From assembly GCA_036867785.1 (NCBI GenBank), contig CP145417.1, positions 1,364,001 through 1,389,561 on the forward strand: a stretch of DNA of 25,561 nt, given 5' to 3'. The position numbers and the translations under genes were made by a program. This stretch comes from Plasmodiophora brassicae (taxonomy: Eukaryota). Under the pieces are notes generated by a model that saw only the letters and a list, made by a program, of their open reading frames with translations, was not told the origin of the DNA and searched no databases. Of this stretch, positions 1 through 9,435 are shown piece by piece; position 1 is the first letter of the stretch; each line of letters starts with the position of its first letter.

Positions 1-334
1 CGGACCTTGTCTACCGGTGTAGTTTACCCTGTCGGGCGCCCAACTGCAGCGTGGCAGACGAACTGCAGCGGATGACGGTGCAGTTCGTCCAAGTGCGTGC
101 GGCGTGCGCCGGTCGGCACGCCCCCGCCGGGCACGTTTATCAGTCGTGTGCTCATGTCCGGACAGGGGGCATGGCCCTCTGCGCGGAATGTGGGCGGAAC
201 GTTCCGGCGGGTCAGCGTGGCGCAGTTTTCGTCACTGCCCAACCCGAGTGCCTGCACCGTCGCTTGTGAATATTGGCGAGGGCGAACGCTTCGGGCGACC
301 TAACCGTAACCGGCTGCTGCATACGCCGTCGTCC

Positions 335-856
335 ATGGGGTAGCCAATATTATCGTCCCGCGAACAGCGCGCCGTGGTCGCTGACCGCTGTGGTGTGCGC
401 AGGCGCCGGAAGATTGCGATCGAGAAGATCGAGGAGGCGAAACGACGGCGCAGCACGTTCAAGAAGCGTCGCGTCGGCCTGCTGAAGAAGGCGGAAGAGC
501 TGGCCGTCCTGTGCGGGTGCAAGGTCGCCATCACGATTGAGTCCGACGATGGCGTCAGCCAGTACTGCAGTGACGACGTTAGCGCGATCATGCGCGCGTA
601 CTACCACGACCTCGGCAGCGTCGGGAACGCGCCCGGCCTCCACGCCATCGTCCTGTCGAACGACGACACCCCTTCATCGTCCATGGGGGGTTCGCACACG
701 GACACCACCCCTGAGGACGCGTGCCGGGCACCCAGTGCGGTCGGGCACCACCCGGACGTCGGTGTCGTTAACGACAGCTCGTACGATCTCCTGCAGCAGA
801 CGCAGGTCATGCTGCCGTCCGGGTTCGCCGACACGTCACAGCTCTATCCCGGGTAG
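335..856 (+). CDS. MADS-box transcription factor 1, MEF2-like; join(335..339,403..856)
   Basis: ATGGG at 335-339 is followed by a 63-nt intron 340-402 (GTAGCC...GCTGAC branch...GCGCAG). Splicing gives MGRRKIAIEKIEEAKRRRSTFKKRRVGLLKKAEELAVLCGCKVAITI, a canonical MADS N-terminus, then a MEF2-like segment SQYCSDDVSAIMRAY. Stop TAG at 854-856. Confidence 0.92.
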
Positions 857-926
857 GGCGCGACGTTAACAATAAAATATCGGGCGTTCGTCTATTTACA
901 CAGAAGGCAGGGGGCGGGAGGCGGAG

Positions 927-1553
927 TCACAGCAGTGCTTCAGCGGCATCGTAGTCGAGCCCGGCGAAGAAGTCGAGCGACGGCCGCGTGCACGCGGGGG
1001 GCAGGTCGAAGGCGGTGGACGTCAGGTAGTGCGCGTCGAGGTCGGTCAGGCTCATCATGCCGGACGCGAACGGCGACGGGTCGTCGGGGCTGGCGGGCGC
1101 GCTCGACAGGACCGGCGACAGGGACCAGTCGAGCAGCGCGCCGTGCTTGAACGCATGGTCGGCAAAGTCTTCCGGCCTGACGAGCGCAGGCAGCGTGCCG
1201 AGGTTGACCAGGTCGGCGGCACTGAAGCTGGCCGCCGTGCTGACCGGGGACCCGTTCTCGACGACCCCGCTGCCGCTGCTATCGTTAACCTTCGACGTCG
1301 CCGTCGCCGTCGTCGTCGTCCTTGCCACCCCGGACGTGATCTGGCGGTACTTGCGAAAGATCGAGTTGATGTCGTCGCTGGCGAACCGCTCGCAGGGCTT
1401 GACGCGGTCGTTGATGACGACGACGACCTGGCTGCCGGACAGGCGCGCCAGCTCGGCCGCCTTCTTCACCAGCCCGACACTGCGCTTCCGCAGCGTCGAC
1501 ATGCGCCGCTTGCTGTCCTCGATACGCTCGATCGGGATCGACCGCCTGCCCAT
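927..1553 (-). CDS. MADS-box transcription factor 2, MEF2-like, 208 aa
   Basis: ATG at 1553 gives MGRRSIPIERIEDSKRRMSTLRKRSVGLVKKAAELARLSGSQVVVVI...FASDDINSIFRKY, followed by an S/T/P-rich acidic tail. Convergent with MADS 1, 70 bp between the stop codons. Confidence 0.92.
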   Translation of the reverse strand: MGRRSIPIERIEDSKRRMSTLRKRSVGLVKKAAELARLSGSQVVVVINDRVKPCERFASDDINSIFRKYRQITSGVARTTTTATATSKVNDSSGSGVVENGSPVSTAASFSAADLVNLGTLPALVRPEDFADHAFKHGALLDWSLSPVLSSAPASPDDPSPFASGMMSLTDLDAHYLTSTAFDLPPACTRPSLDFFAGLDYDAAEALL

Positions 1554-1960
1554 GGTCGACGACGATGATGGCCACGATGATGCCGTGGAACGGAATGCGC
1601 TCTGAGGCTGCACCGTCGGGTCGAGCGACGGCCGAGTGCGACGACGACGCCGGAATTACTCCACCACGGGGGGCCTGACCCGAAATAGCACCGCGCGCGC
1701 GGGCCACGGTTTACGTTACGGAACGTGCGCGATCCGAGCCACGCTTTTAGGCACGTCCCGCGACGAATTTAGAACGCGCCCGGCGAGGGCATCCCGCCGT
1801 CCTTGCGAGGCGCGCCCAAGAGCGTGGGCCGCCGGCAACCCTGAGAGCCGCGGCCGATCCCGCTGACCAGCGCGCCAGCACGTACCGTCGGCCGACCATA
1901 TACAAGCTGGTGGTCACATAATAAGGCCCTCGTTTTTACTGACCGTCGTTTTCATTTGGG

Positions 1961-3361
1961 TCATGATCGGCGCAACAAGGCAAACAGGAGCCTGCAGAAG
2001 ATTCGTGAGCTGAAAGCGCAGACCTTGAGTGCAGCGCCGGCCCCGTAGAGCATCGTCGGCCAGAACCGTAAGTTCAGGGAGCGGAGGAGCGCGTTCCAGG
2101 ACAGGTCGGCGACGATATCGCCGGGTGTGGCGCGTGCATCCCGGGACGCCAGACGGTCGCTGAGCGCGTCCCAGACGGACTCCTTGACGATGCTGGCGGA
2201 CAGCGCCAGCCACGTGGGTGGCGATATCTCCAACGCCCGAGCGACCGCGCTGAACGGTCGCTTGACGAACGATTCGACGCTACGTTTGGCAGGGTTCAGC
2301 GCGAGCAGAACCGCGATGTGCAACGGATTTCGGGTCTCGATGGCTCTGAGTAGCGCCAGCGATGCCGTTAGTTCGGCGTCCATGTCGTTCGTTCCAAGAC
2401 GGCGGCGGGTCCATTGCATCACCTTTCGAATACGGGTCACGTTCGACACAGACTGGTCCATCGACAGCAACCTGGCCGTGGCCAGTACCCCCTGCGGTAT
2501 GAGGACGTTCTTCCCGACAAACTTGGCCGCACGACGACTCGGCTGCGACTTGCCGATAAACTTTACGACCGGCCAGACGGCATTGATGACGCGAGCCACC
2601 CTGTCTTTCCAAGGCGTGCCCTCCTCGGGTGAGAAATCATCATCGTCGTCCGAAAACCAGCTTGGCGCCGCGGTTGGTTCCTCCGCAGGCGACGGCGCCG
2701 CCGGTGAAGGCTGGGACGATTCCGGATTACTGGGCGACCTCAACGACGTCGGGATCGGAATGGACGGTATAAACCGATGGGTTCGCTTTGGAGGCGGCGG
2801 GCGCCTCCTCATTCGTCGCCAGACGTACGTGAGAGCGCCGCCCAGCGCGCCAACCGCCATGATGCCCGCTGCCGTCTTCGTCGGCGTGCGCTTGCTAACC
2901 GGTCGGGCGACGTACCCGGCGTCCGGGCAGTGCCCGACCGCAAACCGGCTCTTGGAGACCGACGTTGTCGTATACTCACTGGTGCCGTCCTGGTGACCGC
3001 GGCGCCATGGGACGATGACGACGACGGTGACGGCAACGGCGGCAGCGACGACGGCGAGGGCGGCAGACACGCCCAGCACGATCCAGAACGTGCGCCGAGC
3101 CATCCCACACAGGCGGCGCTTGTCGACTGCGGGTGCTGATGCGCGCTCGTCATTGTCGCTGTCAGACAGCGACAGCGACGACGGCAGGTCGTCGTCCTCG
3201 TTGCGGCGGCGCCTGACAACCGCGGCCGCAGGCGGTCCCATGACGTGCGCCTCGTGGTCCAGTTCATCCAGCTCTGCCAATAGAGCCTGTTCCGATACAA
3301 ACTGTTCGATGACCAGGTGCTGCTCCAGGCTACCTTCGGCCAGGCCGCCGGCGCCTTCCAT
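1961..3361 (-). CDS. Hypothetical membrane protein, ~466 aa
   Basis: Long ORF from the first ATG (MEGAGG). Acidic N-terminus, hydrophobic segments FWIVLGVSAALAVVAAAVAVTVVVIVPW and AGIMAVGALGGALTYVW, a Pro/Ser-rich linker and a basic C-terminal region. No family recognised; exon structure not verified. Confidence 0.65.
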   Translation of the reverse strand: MEGAGGLAEGSLEQHLVIEQFVSEQALLAELDELDHEAHVMGPPAAAVVRRRRNEDDDLPSSLSLSDSDNDERASAPAVDKRRLCGMARRTFWIVLGVSAALAVVAAAVAVTVVVIVPWRRGHQDGTSEYTTTSVSKSRFAVGHCPDAGYVARPVSKRTPTKTAAGIMAVGALGGALTYVWRRMRRRPPPPKRTHRFIPSIPIPTSLRSPSNPESSQPSPAAPSPAEEPTAAPSWFSDDDDDFSPEEGTPWKDRVARVINAVWPVVKFIGKSQPSRRAAKFVGKNVLIPQGVLATARLLSMDQSVSNVTRIRKVMQWTRRRLGTNDMDAELTASLALLRAIETRNPLHIAVLLALNPAKRSVESFVKRPFSAVARALEISPPTWLALSASIVKESVWDALSDRLASRDARATPGDIVADLSWNALLRSLNLRFWPTMLYGAGAALKVCAFSSRIFCRLLFALLRRS

Positions 3362-3914
3362 CGTGGCCCGATGCCAACGCAGTGCTGACGACGTCGGTCC
3401 GCCAGAACCTGCCAATACCTAAATATAGCAACTTGCGCGTGTGATCAATGCCGCAGTTCACAGACTGCGCAGTTTTGTGGCTTTTCGAAACTGTGGCTCG
3501 ACGAATATTCACCCACTACGGTAGGCTTTAGACGCCTCTGGGGTTGCCCTCTGAACGTATGTCACCGACGTGCCGGCGATGGTCGAGTTAGCCTTTACAA
3601 GAGGGAATCGACGGCGCCGCAGTCTAAGCATACGGTGTGTTCGATCAGATAATGGTGCCGGCGGCCAGATGCTGCTGCAGCCGGCTTCGGGCGGATCGCG
3701 TGCCAAAACTAAACTTCCGTCATGGATCGATCGCCCTCCACCCTTGGCCGGCCGCCCTTTGTGCGTATCGTTCGGTGCTAGTATCTCGTCACAACGTGAT
3801 GATGAACCGTACGAAGTCATCAGCTACGAGCGCGTACGTTACCGTAACGGGATGGGATCGCAGGCTCACTTCCGATCCGCAACCTCACAGCTGGCAAATG
3901 TTTTAATTGATATA

Positions 3915-4448
3915 CTATCGATGCCTCCGGCGAGGTGGTGTTTTCGATTTCAGAACAGGATAGCTGACCTGGTTCTTGCAGTCGTAGTAATGGAAGACGC
4001 ATTCGGCGCGGGATTTGCCTTTGAGAGCGGCGGCGATGGCTGTGAAATTCTTGGGGGTCGCCGCGAACGCCTTCAGAAACGCCGCGTGCTCGTCGTCGGT
4101 CCAGCGCGAGGTGCGGCGCTCTTCACGATCCATCTTCAGCGCCATTGGGTCAGTGACCAGCGAGGGGCGTGTTCGCGATTGAAACAACCGCTCGAACATC
4201 CCGTCTGACAGACGTCGTAACGCCCTCCATGCATCACGAAATGGCGACGTCGCAGGTGCAGGCAATGATACGTTCAGCGACGTGGACGTCGTCGAGGTCG
4301 ATTCTCGACGCTGGGTCCTTGGCGATTTCCGACTTTGTGGCTCAACAAATCCTTCCAACGCCTTACGTTTCGGTGACCGAAACGGGACTCGACCGTTGTT
4401 GGGCACCGCACCTGACGTCACTCGCCGGGCGCCCGGCCTTCCGCCCAT
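3915..4448 (-). CDS. Small SANT/Myb-domain protein resembling the N-CoR/SMRT deacetylase activation domain, ~177 aa
   Basis: SLVTDPMALKMDREERRTSRWTDDEHAAFLKAFAATPKNFTAIAAALKGKSRAECVFHYYDCK matches the DPM...WT..E...F...F...PKNF..IA..L..KS...CV..YY..K pattern of N-CoR/SMRT/Snt1 SANT1. Start taken as the first ATG (4448). Confidence 0.8.
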   Translation of the reverse strand: MGGRPGARRVTSGAVPNNGRVPFRSPKRKALEGFVEPQSRKSPRTQRRESTSTTSTSLNVSLPAPATSPFRDAWRALRRLSDGMFERLFQSRTRPSLVTDPMALKMDREERRTSRWTDDEHAAFLKAFAATPKNFTAIAAALKGKSRAECVFHYYDCKNQVSYPVLKSKTPPRRRHR

Positions 4449-4753
4449 ATTCTCGTGTGTGATGAATGTAACGCATGGGCGTTGGTGGGACGAGCTGGGC
4501 ACGCGCCAATTTATTCATGACGTATCACGTAGCGACCGAGCGTGCGCTTCCTAGGTTTCATAGCATGCCTATACATGCTGCCCATGGTTATACGTTCTGC
4601 AGCACAGGCAGCCTCCGCTACGAGCAGCGTGTGCCCCTGAAATAGCAGTCTGGCACAGCGGGCGGCGCGTCCCGAATTAGTCGCACGGTTCGAAGCTGGT
4701 GGTCGAGATCGCAGCTCGACCTTACTGATCACGGCCAGGGCGCCCGCTCGACC

Positions 4754-5335
4754 ATGGGCAAGGTTGCCGTCGCGATTGCCCGCATCCATGACAAGAAGAA
4801 GCGCTCGGCGACGTACCTGAAGCGATCGGCGGGCCTCATCAAGAAGGCGGAAACGCTGGCAGCCCTGTCCGGCTCGCACGTTGTCGTTGTCGTCCGCAAT
4901 CGTGATGTGCGACGCAAGCCGGCCGCCTCCGATGTCATGACGTACACGTCTGGAGACATCAACGTGATCTATAGCCGGTACAACGATGCTATGCGGAGCA
5001 TGCTCCAGGAAGACGTGAACGATTCGGCACCTGAACCACAGGCGGTGGAGGCAGTGCCGACAATGGCAGAGACCGCTGGCCTTTCGACGATTGAGGAGCA
5101 TGTGTCCACGACGAGCACGACGCTGGACATGGCCTGCTTACCGCGAATTAAGCTGCCAGTGGACCCGATCGTCGAAGGCGGGCACTCGGGCATGCTGGAC
5201 CTGACCCCGATCCCAGACATTTGGCGGACGCGTGATGCGTCCGGCAGGCCGATACTGACGCCGCGCCGGTCTCCCAGGAATCATGTCGGCAGCGTGTTCG
5301 GCTGGGCGACGCCCCACCTGACCACTCCCAAATGA
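4754..5335 (+). CDS. MADS-box transcription factor 3, divergent, 193 aa
   Basis: MGKVAVAIARIHDKKKRSATYLKRSAGLIKKAETLAALSGSHVVVVV...TYTSGDINVIYSRY. ACCATGG start context. Confidence 0.88.
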   Translation: MGKVAVAIARIHDKKKRSATYLKRSAGLIKKAETLAALSGSHVVVVVRNRDVRRKPAASDVMTYTSGDINVIYSRYNDAMRSMLQEDVNDSAPEPQAVEAVPTMAETAGLSTIEEHVSTTSTTLDMACLPRIKLPVDPIVEGGHSGMLDLTPIPDIWRTRDASGRPILTPRRSPRNHVGSVFGWATPHLTTPK

Positions 5336-5420
5336 TCCCTGTACCATCCGACGTCTATTCATCAACATGTTGTGCGTAAATAACATTGTCAGCTATTATA
5401 GTTGAATCGTGTAACATATA

Positions 5421-6229
5421 CTAGTTGATGGTGATGGAGCATTTGCAGCACACGATCCTGTACAACTTGTACATGCAGGATTCCATGTCGTCGCACGACG
5501 GAAGGCAGTCGCATGCGGGGCACTCGGGCATCTGGATGGAACAATCGGCGCATTCCGGGCACGACAGATCGGGGAGAGACAGTGCGGCTGCCTGTTGACC
5601 CTCCCGTCCCGCCGCAGCGCAGACCAGCGCGAACGCACCTGTCAATGTGAACCCGACGATGTACAAGACCTTCACAAACAGCCATCCGCCTTGCACCGCC
5701 TCGGACCCGTCCTATCACCGTTATCAGCGCCTCGAGGGCAACCCGGGGAATCAACGTGGAAGACCTGAACTGATGCCCCAGCGTATAGACCGTACAGAAC
5801 CAGGGAGATCGTCAGGGTGCCCAGGACGACCAGAGCCTGCCCGAGACGCGGCATTCGCAAACAGGGCGCGAACCCGTCCAGCAGAATCGACGACGGTCTG
5901 CGTTCGTCGAGGTCGCCCTGCCTTGCCGAAGTGCCGCCCTTCAACGTTGGAAGGTGTTGCTGCCCCATCGGTTGTGATGTGACTGTTTGCTGAACCCCAG
6001 CGATGCCGTCGCGTTCTCTGTCGAGTTTAGCTTTCCGGAGGCGCGAGATGATCATCATGCGATGGCCAGGTCTGAGCGGCGGCGCGTCCTTGTCGGCAGC
6101 GACCAGATCTAGCATGGCGTCCCAAGCGTCCTTATCCTCGGATAGGATGAAGTCGCGGTCGGTGAACCCGAGGCGCGTGAACGACGGCAGGTAATCGCTC
6201 AGTGGAGGGCCGCCGAGAATATCCTCCAT
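5421..6229 (-). CDS. SAM-like domain, two-TM, Cys-rich-tail protein; complement join(5421..5711,5765..6229), ~251 aa
   Basis: N-terminal LSDYLPSFTRLGF...LRPGHRMMIISRL resembles a sterile alpha motif. A 53-nt phase-0 intron at 5712-5764 (GTCTTC...GCTGAT...GATAG) joins two ORFs in frame, giving two hydrophobic helices and the tail CPECADC...CPACDCLPSC...CCKC. Confidence 0.6.
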
Positions 6230-6879
6230 ACTCGCACGTCGACCCCCTCGACGAACCTGACACTGGCTCCCCCTGCCCAGTACGTACGAATCACACCGCT
6301 CTAACTGGCTGTCAAACACGACCATGAATCGGTGGCATGATCGACAGCAAAAGTATGCGACGCCTGCAAAAGCCAATTCCACTCTCCATCCGCGGTTCGA
6401 TTGGTTCTGCAATTAGGCGCGCGCGCGCAAACGTCTTCGACGGCTCCATAGCTATCGACATCGATGTCCAACGTACGCCCTTTCTTAGCCTTCCCCAATG
6501 CTGCTGTACGTGTATAGCGCCCAGATTCTCCTTCAAGGTCGGCTATGCAGAAAGTGCCACGTCTGCTACAAGGAAAATGGTGCCCAAACGACGTTGCCAG
6601 CGGGTAGGAAATGTGTTTGGGGCGTACAAATGCGCCAATTGACTCTGCTTCCGTCTACCGAGTTCCTCCCGGAACGATGGCCATTATCTGTGCGATCACG
6701 TTCCACTATCTGCAGTGGAAGTTCGGCTGTCCCCAGTTCATCGCCGAGCTTGTCCAACTTGCTGTCCACCTGCGTCTGCAGCCCGTCACTGTGGTTGATC
6801 CATCGTCATCCGAAGTCGGCCACCATTGGTGGACGACGTCGGGAACGCGATCCGCATCTGATCCGCGTCCGCTACGCTT

Positions 6880-7330
6880 CACGAACAGGTTTCATGGCCC
6901 GGTTGACGTCCTCCTTCTTCACCGGACCGACTTGCGAAGAGCGGCGGGCAGAGAAGCGGTTGGCCGCCTTCCGCACCTTGCCCTTCTTGAACGTGTCCCG
7001 CTCTGGACCTGTTCAGGATGTCGGTATGCGCGAAACGGACGGGTGCCACAAGCAAACGATCCGGGTTTGTCGCCAATTCCTCCGGCTGCAAGACGCGATG
7101 CTCCTCGATTCTCGCGTTCAGCGCCGCACCGCAAGCGGGATCGGGGCCGGCGTTGCTCGTGGCGCCCGTCCGTTTCGCCCACACTGGTACCCTGAACGCA
7201 TCCGCGCAGGCCATGTACGTTCGAGAAGGGCAAGGTGCAGAAGGCAATGCACCGCTGCTCTGCCCGGCGCTATTCCCGAGTACGATCCTGTGAAGAAGGA
7301 GGACGTCAAGCAGGCCTTGAAAGCGTACGT
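6880..7330. repeat. Long imperfect inverted repeat, arms ~6880-7064 and ~7146-7330
   Basis: The reverse complement of 6901-6994 (ACGTTCAAGAAGGGCAAGGTGCGGAAGG...GTGAAGAAGGAGGACGTCAA) aligns with 7217-7310 (ACGTTCGAGAAGGGCAAGGTGCAGAAGG...GTGAAGAAGGAGGACGTCAA). The reverse complement of 7024-7058 aligns with 7151-7184. Confidence 0.85.
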
Positions 7331-7649
7331 ACCCGCTTCTGTCGGTCCGCGCCAGTCGCTGCGGTCGTCCAATTCACCAACGGTCGCAAGGCGATGTCGG
7401 CACAGGTCCACACCGCTGTCAAGCGCATCCTGGACGCGTGGCCTCATTCAGGTTCCCCGGATGCGTAGCAGCGTTGCCCCCCGTATACATGGAAATTCAA
7501 TCATTGGATTCATGCGGTTTACTGACGACATCCACAGTCAGCACCTGTAAGCAGTCGGCCCTCGAGGTATATATACTGGCGCCGTGCATGAAATTCTCGT
7601 CACGCCAATGAGGCACTGCAGGTCGTTCATCATGGCTTCCGCCATGCTG

Positions 7650-7745
7650 GCCGATTAATCCCTGACGTGGATGGCGATTCATGCCGATTAATACCTGGGA
7701 TGGACGGCGATTCATGCCGATTAATTCCTGGGATCATGGCGATAC
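7650..7745. repeat. 33-bp minisatellite, ~3 imperfect copies
   Basis: Unit GCCGATTAATACCTGGGATGGACGGCGATTCAT starting at 7650, 7683 and 7716. Confidence 0.85.
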
Positions 7746-7907
7746 GAGAGAATAATCTCGTTGACGGCTTCTTCCAGACAGTGGGACCGGTATGCGTACC
7801 GGTCCCGGTCCCATACTGGTTTCCAGACTATTTAGCGCAAGACACAGGACGCGTATTATCAAGCAAGACGCCCCAATTCCATCAGTATACCGGTCAAAGA
7901 ATTCAAC

Positions 7908-8312
7908 ATGGCCATGTCGAAGAACCATAAGATCATCATTGCCGTTGTCGTGTCGGTGCTCGTCTTAACCGGTCTCGCTGTCGGCCTGTACTTCGCGTTG
8001 CGGCCGAACCCCGCGGTCGAGGAGCTCAGGGACATTGTGCAACGCGCGAAGAACACCCCCAAGGATGACGCGAAAGCACAAGAAACGATTTTGAAGGACC
8101 TGTTGGAGTGGGTGAAGAAGTACGGGATAAAAATTGAAAGTATGTCCAAGAAGGATCAGAGGACGATCGGCGAGCTCAGAGACGAGTTGAATTCTGTCTA
8201 CGAGGGACATGCGCGCGGAGCTCATGTACAATTTGGTCAGCATCAGAATACGGACGCCGCGCCCGTGATGCAGAACGGTGCAGACGGCCAGCCTGAGGGG
8301 ACTGCCTTCTAA
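7908..8312 (+). CDS. 134-aa protein with N-terminal signal anchor, copy A
   Basis: Intact ATG-TAA ORF. KIIIAVVVSVLVLTGLAVGLYFAL hydrophobic helix followed by a charged helical domain. The frame is kept without indels in both duplicate copies while the flanks have indels. Confidence 0.85.
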   Translation: MAMSKNHKIIIAVVVSVLVLTGLAVGLYFALRPNPAVEELRDIVQRAKNTPKDDAKAQETILKDLLEWVKKYGIKIESMSKKDQRTIGELRDELNSVYEGHARGAHVQFGQHQNTDAAPVMQNGADGQPEGTAF

Positions 8313-8782
8313 CGGAGCCAGTGATGGGATAAACCAGGAAACCGGCTTGACGTGTTAACGAACCAACCAATATTGGTCGCTGCCTGCAGGCCTAGGCAGG
8401 ATATCGAATGTCGCCGTCTGCATGCACCAGGACGTCGCGCGCGCAGCCCGCCCTCGTCCATGCTTGCCATCGAGCCTGATGTAATCTTCTTCTTCCACCC
8501 AGGCGGGACGGAGATCACTGGCGTTTGTGCCTTGATCAACCAATGCCTGCGCACGTCAGCTTGTTCACACTCGGAACTGAGCGTGCGACACGGCGCCCAG
8601 CAATGGCGAAGGTTTGAACCCCGTTCTTTGTAGGCGTGCTCCATGGTATGCGTCTTTTTGTCCTGGTGAGGCGGTGCCACCCTGGAGCAGGCGCCGCTGT
8701 TAGTGTCGACGCTTGTGACAGCCTTCCGTCGGTCATTGACGTCATCCGGGCGGGGGGCGTCTGACGGCCACCCCAGATTTGG

Positions 8783-9029
8783 ATGTCCTTGCGTCCCATA
8801 CGCGGACGTCGCCTGCTCATCGGTTCGGGTGTCGCCCTTCTTGTCGCCGTCGTCCTCGACATCGGGTACCAGTACTGCTACCTGCTCGGCTTCCCGTCTG
8901 CCGACATGTGATACTACGTTGCTGGGGACCTGGGCGGCACCTACTGCCGCCTGATCCTCGTGCAGGTCGGGATCATACGGTCCCCACATTGGTTCCCTGC
9001 GACAGGAACCTAACCACATTGTGGTCGAC
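8783..9029 (+). pseudogene. Truncated duplicate of glucokinase exon 1 and intron 1
   Basis: Homologous to 13595-13832. CGA>TGA stop at 8909-8911, GGTN changed to GGTY, and homology ends just before the intron-1 acceptor AG. Confidence 0.9.
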
Positions 9030-9147
9030 GTACGTACAGGCCGTCTCTGGGCCCGAAGCCTTTACTGGGAGTCGCGACCAACTGGTCACGCGTCTTGCAA
9101 TGCTCGCCCTGTCTGCGTTGCTCGTCAGGCCTTGTCCGCCGTGGTGC

Positions 9148-9216
9148 AGGCGCAGGTGGGGGCGACGTAGGCGCAGGTGGGGGCGACGTAGGCGCAGGTG
9201 GGGGCGACGTAGGCGC
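9148..9216. repeat. 21-bp tandem repeat, 3 perfect copies plus a partial copy
   Basis: AGGCGCAGGTGGGGGCGACGT x3. A single related copy lies at ~24479-24502. Confidence 0.95.
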
Positions 9217-9414
9217 CCTCGATCGGCGACAGGCGTCACGCCTGCACGGATTGCAGAGAACGCCGATGTCCGGCGCCGGCTGACGCCAGGAAGATCTGGA
9301 GGTCCTGTGTACGCGCGTACCCACCTCTTCTGCTTCTATTGATCGGCCCAGGTTGTGGCGATACTCCGGCAGGGATGGTGGCGGATCGCATGTCGGCTAG
9401 CGGCTCGGGAGCTG

Positions 9415-9435
9415 CCCCCCCCCCCCCCCCCCCCC
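9415..9435. repeat. C21 homopolymer
   Basis: 21 consecutive C. Confidence 0.95.

Larger units (their letters stand above)
7037..9029 (+). repeat. Segmental duplication, copy A (~2.0 kb)
   Basis: Starts GGACGGGTGCCACAAGCAAACGATCCGGG and ends CCTAACCACATTGTGGTCGAC. Collinear with 11881-13832, with scattered substitutions and small indels. Confidence 0.97.

Noticed and set aside
57-89. 11-bp perfect hairpin GACGAACTGCA...TGCAGTTCGTC
   Set aside because: Isolated short stem with no other support for an RNA gene or element end.
3509-3914. Short ORFs between the membrane-protein and SANT genes
   Set aside because: No domain recognised; the longest overlaps the SANT gene in antisense.
6498-7550. 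350-aa plus-strand ORF across the palindrome
   Set aside because: Arg/Ser-rich with no recognisable domain; the end of the frame is not preserved in copy B; likely a chance ORF over decayed sequence.
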